Assembly: GCA_000025185.1 (NCBI GenBank)
Contig: CP001848.1
Coordinates: 1,320,001-1,352,000 of the forward strand
Reading direction: 5' to 3'
Length of the DNA stretch: 32,000 nucleotides
Source of the DNA: Pirellula staleyi DSM 6068
GTDB lineage: Bacteria; Planctomycetota; Planctomycetia; Pirellulales; Pirellulaceae
Under the pieces are notes generated by a model. That model saw only the letters and a list, made by a program, of their open reading frames with translations. It was not told where the DNA came from and did not search any database. The first letter of the stretch is position 1. Each line of letters starts with the position of its first letter. Shown piece by piece: positions 1 through 9,315 of the stretch. A program made the translations under genes and the position numbers.

Positions 1-257
1 GAGGTGCACTCGTCGAGGAGTTTTTCCACCTCCTGCCAGGCGGGAGGCGACTGGATCTGCTGCACCACCTTCGGGCCGACACCGGTGACCATCCGCAGCT
101 CGTGCTGCGAGGCGGTGAAGACCTCTTGGGCCGATCCGAAACGATCGACGAGATTAAAACGTGTCCGTGGACCGACGCCATCGAGCATGGCCAGCCGCAT
201 TTCCCAGAGCGAGTTCTCGACCGATTCGTGCATGGGGCACCCGTCGTCGTGGGGCAT
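1..257 (-). CDS. dprA: DNA-processing protein DprA/Smf, N-terminal part (gene runs off the window start)
   Basis: Absent from the ORF track because it is open at the window edge. The minus-strand ATG (complement of 255-257) opens a frame reading MPHDDGCPMHESVENSLWEMRLAMLDGVGPRTRFNLVDRFGSAQEVFTASQHELRMVTGVGPKVVQQIQSPPAWQEVEKLLDEC. The repeated 'GVGP(R/K)' helix-hairpin-helix-like pattern with 'FGSAxxVFxAS' is typical of DprA N-termini. Confidence 0.55.
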   Translation of the reverse strand, partial: MPHDDGCPMHESVENSLWEMRLAMLDGVGPRTRFNLVDRFGSAQEVFTASQHELRMVTGVGPKVVQQIQSPPAWQEVEKLLDECT

Positions 258-972
258 TATCGATAGGCGGGGCTCTTGTGACAAAATTCGCAGAGGCTGC
301 GTCACAAAAAAGAGCTAGTCATAACGCTCGTTCGGCGGATGCCAGTGCCACGCTAGATTGGCATCTATTGTGTAGAAGTGCCAGCGGGCATGCAAGAAAT
401 AAAAAACGGCCGAATCTCAGCGCCACGGGACAACCTGCCTTTGACCCTGAACTGAGACCGGCCGTTAAGGAATACATTCGGCTAGTGTATTGCGAGTAAA
501 TAGTGCGGATAACCGCAAACCGAAAGATATTAGGGGAAAACGATTTGCGGATGATTTGAACGATTTCAGTTCAGGTCGTCCCACGGGAAAGAAGCTGTCC
601 TTTAAAGTGAATTAACACCTTATTTTATGGGGGTTAGGAAGCGTGCACACTTTTGAGAGCAGAGTAGCGTTAAGGGAGTCGCAACTTCCCAAGATCAGCT
701 GGAGCTGTGCAGTAGCTGCACGCTTCAAAACCAAGTGGCTAAGGATCCTACTTATTTTGGCCGGAGGGAATCAGTAGCGTGTGCGGTTGTCCGCAGTGGG
801 GAAAAGCGACTGAAAACGCGGCTAGTGAAATTCTTAAGTACCGCGCTTTTGGACCCCCTTGGTACCCACGCCGGCGGGGCATGACCACCGAAATGCCAGA
901 AAGTCGATGCCACTCAGCCGCCGCTCGTTACTTAGCCACCGCTAGCGGCTAGACGCTGCCAGACGCTTGCGC

Positions 973-1650
973 TTAGTGAATCGAGGGGGTCAGGAAGTTA
1001 ATCAGGATCGCCATTTGGACTAGCTCCGAGAGGGAGTCGGCTTCCATCTTCCGCATGATGTTCGAGCGGCGCAGTTCCACCGTTCGGAGACCGATATCGA
1101 GGTCGGCAGCGATCCGCTTGTTGGGGAGCCCTTCGAGCAACTTTCGCATCACCACCACTTCATCAGAGGTGAGGGTGTTCATGCGAGTTTCGATTTCGGC
1201 CCGCTGACGACGAAGCGTTTGCTGGGCCTGCTCTTGGTTCAGGGCTCGCTCGATGCCGCGCCACAGCTCGTGCTCTTGGCAAGGTTTTTCGAGGAACGTG
1301 ACCGCCCCATTTTGCATGGCGCGAACCGCCATCGGAACGTCGGCATAGCCAGTGATCACAATCACCGGCAGCGTGCAGCCGCGACTCTTCAGCTCTTGCT
1401 GCAGTTGCAGTCCCGACATCCCTTGCATCCGGACATCGACCACCAGACAACCAGTCCGCGAGGCGTCGTAGAAGGCGAGAAACTCTTCGGCTGAACCGAA
1501 GCCCTGGGCCGGAAGCCCCTTGAGTCCGACCATCGCAATGACCGACTCGCGCGCGGCTCGATCATCGTCCACTACGTAAACGGTCGCCGCTTGCTCGATC
1601 ATGGCTCTCTTCTCAGTTTGAAAGGATTGGTTACCTTCGTCGCTCGGCAT
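973..1650 (-). CDS. Response regulator, FixJ/NarL (LuxR-type HTH) family; no kinase gene is adjacent
   Basis: Receiver domain (VYVVDDD..., LVVDVRMQGMSG, VIVITGYADV, FLEKP) is followed by a LuxR-type HTH (LTSDEVVVMRKLLEGLPNKRIAADLDIGLRTVELRRSNIMRKM). The true start may be the internal ATG at 1602 (MIEQAATVYVVDDD). Confidence 0.9.
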   Translation of the reverse strand: MPSDEGNQSFQTEKRAMIEQAATVYVVDDDRAARESVIAMVGLKGLPAQGFGSAEEFLAFYDASRTGCLVVDVRMQGMSGLQLQQELKSRGCTLPVIVITGYADVPMAVRAMQNGAVTFLEKPCQEHELWRGIERALNQEQAQQTLRRQRAEIETRMNTLTSDEVVVMRKLLEGLPNKRIAADLDIGLRTVELRRSNIMRKMEADSLSELVQMAILINFLTPSIH

Positions 1651-2324
1651 GCTGCAAAGTTCATCTCCAGGCTTGGTCGCAGGAATTCATATTCCCCGAG
1701 AGCCAGCAGAGTGTTGCAGCGCCCGCTGATCGATCTCCACAAGTAGAGACCGGCAACAGGGATCGAGCAGACGATTCAATAAGCCAAACGGGAGGAAACA
1801 ACTGTAGAAGCACGTCGGTGAGAAGGGTGCAAGTTTACAAAAAGAACCCCGCCCCAGGGGAAAAAAGTGCAGTGGAAATCACTGCGGTTTTCCGCAAAAC
1901 TCTTCAAAAGTTCTTGAGGAGATACATCCCTCACCTCAGGGGAATTCGTCAACAATATTTTCGTTATCGGCTCACTCGATAGGGTCATTCTTACAAGATT
2001 TGTTAGGGTGTCCAACCTTTTGTGCGAATTTTTCACATCTCGATTCGACGCGAAAAAAAGTGCTTCTCCGCTGGCTTCGCGCGACCCTCGACGAGGTGCT
2101 GTCGCTGCTACTTACCGCAAGCAAATCGGAGTGGAAACATCGCCCTACAAATCTTTCACCGCTCGACGTCGTCTTACAGGGTGTCGCAATCCGTGCATCG
2201 ACGTTCGAAGCTTCACAGCCTCGCGAGGTCGATCGCTAATCTACGAACCATCTTTACTCTAGCACCATTTTTTCCCATCAGCTGACACAAAATTGCCGAA
2301 GCGTTATTCAAAGGGTTTTTACGC

Positions 2325-2948
2325 ATGCATCACGTTTGCGCGCAAGCGCGTCACCTAGTTTTTTCCATGCATCTGAAGTGTTTCGCATGGAGCCTGTGCG
2401 CCACTGCAGGGGGTGCCATGCTCCTGCTGTCGAGCCAGCCGAGCATCGTTGTTGCCGCTGAGCCGGCAGCCGACACCCCCTTAGAGCAACTGGCCGACAG
2501 CCTCGCGAGCTGGAACAAGCTGAAAGAAAAATCGGGAGGCAACTATCGCTACCAAGTGCGGCGGGCCTCTTTCGTCGGCGCGAGCGAAACCGAGGTCGCT
2601 GTCGAGAACGGGAAAGTGGTGATGCGTCGCTATCGCACCTTCACCCCCCCTGCCCCAGTCGACCCCAGTAATCCCAATGCGGCGGCTCAGCCCGACTATG
2701 CCTGGACCGAAGAGGGAGACAAGCTCGGGACCCACAAAGAAGGGGCACCCGCCAAAACCATCGACGAACTCTATGCCGTGGCCCAGGAAGTCCTGACAAA
2801 AAAGCTCGAGCCCCACGAGCGGCTGTACGTGAAATACGACGATCGTGGCCTGCTCAGCTACTGCTTCTACGTCGATACGCGCATCGCCGACGATGCCCCA
2901 TCAACTGGCGTGTTCCTCACCAAGATCGAGCTCTCTGAGCCCAAGTAG
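2325..2948 (+). CDS. Hypothetical secreted protein
   Basis: Long ORF with coding-like composition and an N-terminal hydrophobic signal-like segment (MHLKCFAWSLCATAGGAMLLLSSQPSIVVAAEP). The likely start is the internal ATG at 2367. I recognise no family. Confidence 0.65.
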   Translation: MHHVCAQARHLVFSMHLKCFAWSLCATAGGAMLLLSSQPSIVVAAEPAADTPLEQLADSLASWNKLKEKSGGNYRYQVRRASFVGASETEVAVENGKVVMRRYRTFTPPAPVDPSNPNAAAQPDYAWTEEGDKLGTHKEGAPAKTIDELYAVAQEVLTKKLEPHERLYVKYDDRGLLSYCFYVDTRIADDAPSTGVFLTKIELSEPK

Positions 2949-2963
2949 CCAGCTCGCACGAGC

Positions 2964-4139
2964 TTAACTGGCCGCTGCGAGCCCTTGTTCGAGCCGTGCC
3001 AGGATTGTCTCCTTCGATTCGGTTCCGACGCTGAGCCGAATCGTTCCGCCAGTGATTCCGAGTGCTTCGCGGGCCTCGATGGACATCCCGCGATGGCTCG
3101 TCGTTTCGGGGTGGCTCAGTGTGGTGTTGAGTTCACCCAGCGAGGGGCAGAACGGAATTCCGGAATCGCAAGCGATCAGCGCGTCGGCTGCCGCGCGTCC
3201 GCCACGGAGTCGCAGCGCCACCATCGAGCCAAAACGTCCCTCGCGAAACTGAGCGAGCGACAGCCTGTGATCGGGGTGCGAGACGAGCCCGGGGTAGTCG
3301 ACCAAATCGACCGCCGGGTGCGCTGCCAGAAACTGGGCCACGGCGAGCGCGTTTTCGCAGGCGCGCTCGATCCGCAAATGGGCCGTAGCGAGCCCGCGCA
3401 GCGAGAGCCAGCAGTCGAAGGGACTCGACGACATCCCCCACGCGCTCATCACTTTTACCACCCGAGCCATCGCCGCGCGAGTTCCTCCGATCATGCCGAG
3501 AATCACATCGCTGTGACCACTCAGCATCTTCGTGAGGCTCTCCATCACCAGATCGGCCCCGAGCAGCATCGGCTGACAAACCAGCGGCGATGCAAAGGTG
3601 TTATCGACCAGCAGCAGCGCGCCGCGCTCGTGGGCCAGGTTGGCAAGCTGGCGAATATCGGCGACCTGCAAACGGGGATTGGCCAGCGTTTCGCAGACGA
3701 GCATTTTTGTCTTGGGGGTCAGCGCGCTGGCTGTCGCTGCGAGATCGCTGGTGTCGACCACGGTGACATCGATCGCCAGCCGCGACATCTCTTGTTGTAG
3801 CAAAACGAGTGTTTTGCCATACACACGCGACCCCACCACCACATGATCCCCGGCCCCGACATGCGCCAGCAGCGGCGCGCTGATCGCCGACATTCCCGAC
3901 GACGTAATGGCTACCTGCTCGCAGGCATGAATCAGCCGGAGCTTTTCGGCCAGCATATCGGCGTTGGGGTGCCCGTCGCGCTGATAGACATAGCCCGGCT
4001 GGGTGCCACCCAGAATTTGATCCGCCTCAGCTGGCGACTCCATTTCCCACACACTTGCCAAATAGATCGGCGGGCTGTGAGGCTTCGACTTCGGTGCCGC
4101 CAGCGACGGCGTTTCAGGGCAATAATCGTCGGGATTCAT
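2964..4139 (-). CDS. PLP-dependent Cys/Met-metabolism (trans-sulfuration) enzyme: cystathionine gamma-synthase/beta-lyase/O-acylhomoserine sulfhydrylase family
   Basis: The PLP-lysine motif 'SLTKMLSGHSDV' matches the S-x-T-K-x-x-x-G-H-S-D signature, and similarity runs across the family (YQRDGHPN..., VITSSGMSAI, LLVDNTFASP). The track ORF extends to 4271, but the ATG at 4139 (MNPDDY...) avoids overlap with the divergent gene at 4264. Confidence 0.88.
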   Translation of the reverse strand: MNPDDYCPETPSLAAPKSKPHSPPIYLASVWEMESPAEADQILGGTQPGYVYQRDGHPNADMLAEKLRLIHACEQVAITSSGMSAISAPLLAHVGAGDHVVVGSRVYGKTLVLLQQEMSRLAIDVTVVDTSDLAATASALTPKTKMLVCETLANPRLQVADIRQLANLAHERGALLLVDNTFASPLVCQPMLLGADLVMESLTKMLSGHSDVILGMIGGTRAAMARVVKVMSAWGMSSSPFDCWLSLRGLATAHLRIERACENALAVAQFLAAHPAVDLVDYPGLVSHPDHRLSLAQFREGRFGSMVALRLRGGRAAADALIACDSGIPFCPSLGELNTTLSHPETTSHRGMSIEAREALGITGGTIRLSVGTESKETILARLEQGLAAAS

Positions 4140-4263
4140 TCGCGCGACCACTTCTGGAACGAGACAAAAATCACTCGCGAGACGCACACCCACGAGTGTA
4201 CACTCAAACTTCCTGTCGCGGCTCTCCCCGGCAGACCTACCTTCACGCGGAGCCCATAATCCC

Positions 4264-5361
4264 GTGCCCACCTCGACACTTGCCTCGCGATCGACTGTCA
4301 GCGCGTCGCTACTGCTATTCTGCTTGCTGGCCGTCTCCCACGCTGTCGCAGCGCCGTTTGTACCGGTCCGCGATCCGTCGTGCGTAGCTTACGCGCCAAG
4401 CGGAACCGTTGTCGCCACCGGCTGCAGCGGCCAGAGCGACGGAAATTTTCCACCTCGGCCTCATCCCGATGTTCGCAAGTGTGGCGTGGTCGCCTTGTGG
4501 GATGTCGCCACGGGGAAACGGCTCCGTCGCATGGAGACGTTTGGCGATCTGACCAAAATCGCTTTTTCGCACGATGGCAAACTCGTGGCAGCGTGCCGAC
4601 TCTATGCCAGTGGCGATGGAGTGCGGCTCGACGAGGTGCGTGTCTGGGACACCACCACCGGCCGGGCTGTGCAGGTGCTCGACCGGTGTCATGCGTTCGA
4701 CTTCTCACCGACCGAAAGCAAACTGGTGGTTCTTAGCCGAAGTCGCTGCGTGATCTACGACACCGAGACGTGGGAAAAGCTAGCGCCGATCGACTCGCTT
4801 GGGGGATCGCTCACCATCGAGTACTCAGCCGATGGAAAATCGCTCCTGGGATCGGTCGAGAATCAAGGCCGCTATCAGCTCCGCCGCGTCGCGCTCGATG
4901 CTGTCGATCGCACTATCGATAGCCTCTTGCTCCCCGCGCCGATCTATCAGATTGCGATTGCCGAAGCGGGCGAGCAACTGGCAACTGGCCACGCGCCGGG
5001 GCTCGTGATTGTGTGGAATGCCAAAACACTCGAGCCGATTTCGAAAGTCGAAACGCTCGAGCAAGGGCTTGTGCACCCGTTCTTCTCGCGCGATGGAAAG
5101 CTGCTGGGGATCGGTTCGCAGTTGCGCGGCGATGTGCAGATCGTGCGAACGGAAACTGGCGAAAAACTACGGGAATTTACGTTTGAAAAGGGTTCATTCA
5201 AAACCACGCAAGTTCGCAAAGAGACCGAACAGATTCGTCCCGAGAGCGATCCGGGGCGGTTTGTCTTCTCACCCGATGGCGACTCTTTTTTGGTCGGCGC
5301 TTACGGCGGCATCGTCCGTTTGATCGACAGCGGCGCCGATATTCGGCGCTTCGGCGACTGA
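4264..5361 (+). CDS. Secreted WD40/PD40-like beta-propeller repeat protein
   Basis: GTG start and a signal peptide (LLLFCLLAVSHAVAAP). Repeated blade-like motifs: YAPSGTVVATG, IAFSHDGKLVAA, FDFSPTESKLVV, IEYSADGKSLLG, FFSRDGKLLGIG, FVFSPDGDSFLVG. Confidence 0.8.
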   Translation: MPTSTLASRSTVSASLLLFCLLAVSHAVAAPFVPVRDPSCVAYAPSGTVVATGCSGQSDGNFPPRPHPDVRKCGVVALWDVATGKRLRRMETFGDLTKIAFSHDGKLVAACRLYASGDGVRLDEVRVWDTTTGRAVQVLDRCHAFDFSPTESKLVVLSRSRCVIYDTETWEKLAPIDSLGGSLTIEYSADGKSLLGSVENQGRYQLRRVALDAVDRTIDSLLLPAPIYQIAIAEAGEQLATGHAPGLVIVWNAKTLEPISKVETLEQGLVHPFFSRDGKLLGIGSQLRGDVQIVRTETGEKLREFTFEKGSFKTTQVRKETEQIRPESDPGRFVFSPDGDSFLVGAYGGIVRLIDSGADIRRFGD

Positions 5362-5394
5362 GCGCAGCTCAAAGCTCACGCGATAATCAGCGCT

Positions 5395-7020
5395 CTATTT
5401 CCGACGCTTGGAAGTCGGGATTTTAGGCGTCGGTTTTTCGTCGCTGACAGTGCTCGTGAGACCTCCGGCGAGGATGCCTCGTAGCCAGCGAACATCGGGC
5501 CAAGCGAGCAGCAGATAGAGCGCGACTCCCAGTGGCACCAAGATCGACAGCCGCGCTAAATCGCCAAGCGTATCGAATCGAAGCAGCACGCTTCGCGCGA
5601 GCATCACGATCGCTCCCATGATCACGGCGGCTCGCAGTGGACGCAGGAGTGGCAACAGGATGGTGCGTGCCGAGAGTCCGGTGCTCTGCAGCATCAGCCA
5701 CAGCTGGGGCGGCGCGATCACCAAGCATGTGACAACGGAAGTGACCATCGCCAGGCGGATTGTCGCTTCGAGGGCCTCATCGCCCGCTGAGAACGAAATG
5801 TTGGTCGCCCACAGCGCCAGCAGCGCTGATTGCACGAGCATCACGAGACTGACCAGCGACATCGCGACCAGCACCACTAGCCGCGAGTAGGCCATCATGA
5901 CGTATGCCGCGAGATTCAGCATCCCTTGCACCAGGATCACCGGCGCCAGAATCGCCAGGATGGTTCCTGCGGTTTTCCAGTTCGATCCGCCGAGCAGTGG
6001 CATCAGCTCCATGGCGGTGGCGAAGGTTCCGCTCGCCACGGGAAAGAGCAAAATGGCAGTCATTCGAAACAGCCGCGCCACGACAGGAGAGGGATCGTGT
6101 CGCGCTTCGCGAGCGCGCGAGATTCCGGCCAAGAGGACACTCGTGAGGGGCGAGGTGACAAGTAGCACCGGCTTAAGCATCAGGTTATAGGCCTGCGTGT
6201 AGAGTCCCAGCGCGGTCCGGAAATTCTCGGGCAACAGCAGCGGAAGGAGCAGCAGATGCAAATTCTGCGCGACGTAGAAAATCACTTGCGCTAGGCTCGT
6301 AAGTCCGCTGAACTGCGCAAGCGTTGTGTGGCTGCGCGAGAAGCGGGGCCACGCGGGTCGCCAGCGCGTGACGAGCCAGCCACCGATCGACAGCGTGAGA
6401 AGCTCGCCGTACTGCTGTGCCACAAGCGCCGCTGCTGTTGGCTTTTGATACGCCACAGCAATCGCCGCCACTGCACCCGCCAGCTGCGCGAGGAGCCTCA
6501 CGCGCGAAAGAGCCACCAGCTTCAGTTCCCGCTCGAGGATCGCCAAATGCGTCGCGCCGAGCGAGCCTGCAATCGTGCTTCCCGCCAGCGCGTAGCAAAG
6601 CAGGGCGAGTCGCGGTTCGCTCAATTGCCAAGCGAGCCACGGCCCGCAAGCGGCTGTGATGAGGGCCGCCACCATCGAAGCAGCCAGTTGTAGCCAGAAG
6701 ATCGCCGACGTTTCGTCGCTCGTAATTGCGTGTCGCTGCACCGTGGCTGCTGAAGTGCCGAGCGCGGCGAACATTCGGGGCAGCATCAGCGCGGGGGTGA
6801 CCGCCGCCAGCAAACCATACTCCGCCGGAGCAATCCAGCGCAGCAGCAGCGCCAGACTTGCGATCGAGATTAGCTGCGAGAAGATCTGGGTCGCCAGAAC
6901 CGTTCGCGCCCCTTGCTCGACGCTGCTCGTGAGTGTTTCGGCCTGGCTCGCTGTGGGTGACATAAGGAGCTTGAGAAGAGCGATCGGCGTGCGGTTGTGC
7001 AAGCGGGGATCGCTCTTCAA
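5395..7020 (-). CDS. Polysaccharide biosynthesis protein / Wzx-like oligosaccharide flippase (MOP superfamily)
   Basis: About 540 aa and very hydrophobic, with many predicted TM helices. The N-terminal region (GARTVLATQIFSQLISIASLALLLRWIAPAEYGLLA...) is typical of Wzx/PST-family flippases. Alternative start at 6963. Confidence 0.8.
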   Translation of the reverse strand: MKSDPRLHNRTPIALLKLLMSPTASQAETLTSSVEQGARTVLATQIFSQLISIASLALLLRWIAPAEYGLLAAVTPALMLPRMFAALGTSAATVQRHAITSDETSAIFWLQLAASMVAALITAACGPWLAWQLSEPRLALLCYALAGSTIAGSLGATHLAILERELKLVALSRVRLLAQLAGAVAAIAVAYQKPTAAALVAQQYGELLTLSIGGWLVTRWRPAWPRFSRSHTTLAQFSGLTSLAQVIFYVAQNLHLLLLPLLLPENFRTALGLYTQAYNLMLKPVLLVTSPLTSVLLAGISRAREARHDPSPVVARLFRMTAILLFPVASGTFATAMELMPLLGGSNWKTAGTILAILAPVILVQGMLNLAAYVMMAYSRLVVLVAMSLVSLVMLVQSALLALWATNISFSAGDEALEATIRLAMVTSVVTCLVIAPPQLWLMLQSTGLSARTILLPLLRPLRAAVIMGAIVMLARSVLLRFDTLGDLARLSILVPLGVALYLLLAWPDVRWLRGILAGGLTSTVSDEKPTPKIPTSKRRK

Positions 7021-7040
7021 TTGGATCTCGCAGCGTGGTC

Positions 7041-7089
7041 AAGAAACAACAAAGGCCCTGTAGCGGAGTTGGAAGTCCGCTACGGAGCC
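7041..7089 (-). terminator. Intrinsic terminator ending the tad operon
   Basis: Minus strand: GGCTCCGTAGCGGA-cttccaac-TCCGCTACAGGGCC. The core is an 8-bp perfect stem (GTAGCGGA/TCCGCTAC), extendable to about 13 bp with one mismatch, followed directly by TTTGTTGTTTCTT. It lies about 140 nt after the tadC stop. Confidence 0.55.
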
Positions 7090-7230
7090 TCTGTCGAGCA
7101 CTTCAGCTCCTGACACATTGCCAGCACAAGGCGGGCGTGAGTCAGAAGCGATCCCGTCACCAAACATTGTCAGAAAACGCCCGGCGGAGAGCCGAGCGGA
7201 TTCTCTTGTGTGAAAACTGGCCGAGAGGCC

Positions 7231-8316
7231 TTAGCGGGTGGGTGGTCCAGCAGGTGGAGCAAGCGAGGGACGACCAGCAGGGCTGGTGTTTTGGGGAATG
7301 GATTGGTCGAGCGATTCCAAAGTTTCGACGATGCGATCGGTGCTGATCGATTCGTTGTTCGCCAAAGGATTACGGGTGTTGCTCGGGCTGAGGAACTCCG
7401 ACAGCTGCATGAACGAAGGGGACATCAGCAGAATCAGAACAGCGGGAGCAAAGCAGAACATCAAAGGGAAGGTGAGGAACACCGGCGTGCGGTTGGCCTG
7501 CATGGTGGCCATTTGCCGACGAGCGGTCCGGAAATGGTCGGCCTGATCGAGCAAGTTGCGCGAGATCGACGAACCGAGCTGATCGCCGCGCGACAAGAGC
7601 GAGGCAACTTGGCGAACCTCGGGCGTATCGAGGCGATTGGCAAAGTCGGCCAGCGCGTGCTTCAGGCTGCTCACTTCCGCTTGCCGCTTCATGATCAGCA
7701 GCTCGTCGGCCAGCGCCGGGTAGTTCGTCAGGTTCTTTGCCACGTGATCGAGGCTCGCCGACAGCGGCATGCCACCACTCAAGCACATTCCGAGCATATC
7801 GAGCATGTCGGCCAAACCGTTGTTGATTTCGGTGAGCCGTTTGCGTCGACGAAAGAAGATGTACAGACGGGGAATGATCGACAGCGCGATGGCGATGAAC
7901 GCCCCGACGAACAGGATCCGAAACGTTTGCGAGCGAGGCGAAAAGATCGCGATTAAACCGGCACAAACGAGCGGGAAAACGAGGAGCAAAAAGCGGTAGG
8001 CATACACACTCGCCATCGCCGTGCGGCTGTAGAAACCAGCCTGCCGGAGCATCGCGGCAAACTCGGTCCGTTCCTTCTCGCTCCCGGGAATTTGTGCGGC
8101 GAGCGCGGGGGTCAGCGAACCGAAAACACCCCCTGCTTCGGGCTCGAGACCACGCTCGACAGCCACCTGCTTGGTGCGCTTCAGAATCATCCGAATCACG
8201 AGCACCAGCGCCAGGAGGCCACAGCCCAGGGCGACCCACGAACCGGGCCGCTGCAGCCAGGCGGGAGCGCCGATGGTGAAGAGCCACAACTGCACTTGCT
8301 GGATAAGATCTTGCAT
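7231..8316 (-). CDS. tadC: Tad pilus inner-membrane platform protein TadC (T2SS-F domain)
   Basis: GspF/T2SSF-type domain (NGLADMLDMLGMCLSGGMPLSASLDHVAKNL...LDTPEVRQVASLLSRGDQLGSSISRNLLDQADHFR) flanked by TM segments. It follows tadB and cpaF. Confidence 0.88.
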   Translation of the reverse strand: MQDLIQQVQLWLFTIGAPAWLQRPGSWVALGCGLLALVLVIRMILKRTKQVAVERGLEPEAGGVFGSLTPALAAQIPGSEKERTEFAAMLRQAGFYSRTAMASVYAYRFLLLVFPLVCAGLIAIFSPRSQTFRILFVGAFIAIALSIIPRLYIFFRRRKRLTEINNGLADMLDMLGMCLSGGMPLSASLDHVAKNLTNYPALADELLIMKRQAEVSSLKHALADFANRLDTPEVRQVASLLSRGDQLGSSISRNLLDQADHFRTARRQMATMQANRTPVFLTFPLMFCFAPAVLILLMSPSFMQLSEFLSPSNTRNPLANNESISTDRIVETLESLDQSIPQNTSPAGRPSLAPPAGPPTR

Positions 8317-8412
8317 GGCGGTGATTTGCTCGACGACGAAAGTGAGTGGGATAGCGCTGCGAGTCGCGGACCGCTACAGTGGGCAGCGATCGAAAACGTA
8401 GGACTCGCGCGT

Positions 8413-9315
8413 TTAGTAGTTAACCTTCAAGATGCGCCAAACCCAGATCGCTCCCACCACCTGCAACATAAAGGCGATGAAGAGGAGCCAGGGACCTTTG
8501 GGATTCTCGAGGAAAGCTCGGACATAATCGGGTTCGAGCCAGGTAAGGAAGGCCACCGCAATGATTCCGCCGAGCACCATGCCGAAGGCCGAAAGTCGGC
8601 TCCCCGAGGTGACCGCCATCAGGTGATTGCGAACATCCTGGCGATCGCGGGCCGAATGACTCATACGCTCGGTGAGGAGCGACAAGTTTCCACCGGCGCG
8701 GCGATGCACCACCACCGCTGTTGCGAAGACGCGAAACTCGGTCAGTGGCACGCGTGTCGCCATCCGATTCATCACCGAGACCGGGGCATGCCCCAGTTCG
8801 AGCTGCTGATGGGCGTAGGCAAACTCTTGACCAAGGGGCCCTTTGATTTCTTTCGAAACGAGCTGACAGGCTTCTGAAAGGGTTTGACCACTGCGCACCG
8901 CATCAGCTACCGCTTGCAGCGCTTGGGGCATCTGTTTTTGCATCGTGCCGACACGCCACCAGCGAAGCACGCTGAGGTAGACGATCGGCAAAGTGATGCC
9001 GAGGATCAGTCCCCCTGCAGCACCGAGCAGATTCTCGAACATCACCAGTGGAAGACCGAGACCGAGCACACCACCACCAATCACCACGGCGGTGGCGGTG
9101 GTCATGTCCATGAAGGTTCCCGATTCTTCGACAAGCCGGAAGAACCAGCGATTCAGATCACCCTCGGGCTGGGGCTCTGCGAGCTCGAGCCGAGGCCGAC
9201 TGGTGTCGGGCTTCGAAAAGAGGTCGCGCGCCAAGAGACCAATCGTGGCCAAGGCTGCCGAGACACTGGCAAACGTGGCCCCGACGATCGCTAGTTCTGC
9301 AAACATTCCATTCAT
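8413..9315 (-). CDS. tadB: Tad pilus inner-membrane platform protein TadB (T2SS-F domain)
   Basis: T2SSF domain (LQAVADAVRSGQTLSEACQLVSKEIKGPLGQEFAYAHQQLELGHAPVSVMNRMATRVPLTEFRVFATAVVVHRRAGGNLSLLTERMS) plus TM helices. Its start overlaps the cpaF stop by 4 nt (9312-9315). Confidence 0.9.
   Translation of the reverse strand: MNGMFAELAIVGATFASVSAALATIGLLARDLFSKPDTSRPRLELAEPQPEGDLNRWFFRLVEESGTFMDMTTATAVVIGGGVLGLGLPLVMFENLLGAAGGLILGITLPIVYLSVLRWWRVGTMQKQMPQALQAVADAVRSGQTLSEACQLVSKEIKGPLGQEFAYAHQQLELGHAPVSVMNRMATRVPLTEFRVFATAVVVHRRAGGNLSLLTERMSHSARDRQDVRNHLMAVTSGSRLSAFGMVLGGIIAVAFLTWLEPDYVRAFLENPKGPWLLFIAFMLQVVGAIWVWRILKVNY

Noticed and set aside
560-610. SRP-RNA-like string 'TTCAGGTCGTCCCACGGGAAAGAAGCTG'
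   Set aside because: It only superficially resembles the conserved 4.5S helix-8 sequence (CAGGTCCGGAAGGAAGCAGC). The GGAA tetraloop context and the complementary strand of the helix are missing.
6185-7042. 285-aa alternative-frame minus ORF, and several plus ORFs, within 5395-7063
   Set aside because: The 541-aa frame gives a coherent multi-TM flippase. The alternatives are Arg/Ala/Gly-rich with no hydrophobic periodicity.
7210-8877. Plus-strand ORFs 7210-7956 and 8092-8877, and the alternative-frame minus ORF 7370-8287
   Set aside because: All overlap tadC/tadB, whose frames give coherent TM-plus-T2SSF-domain proteins. The alternatives are Arg/Gly/His-rich shadows.
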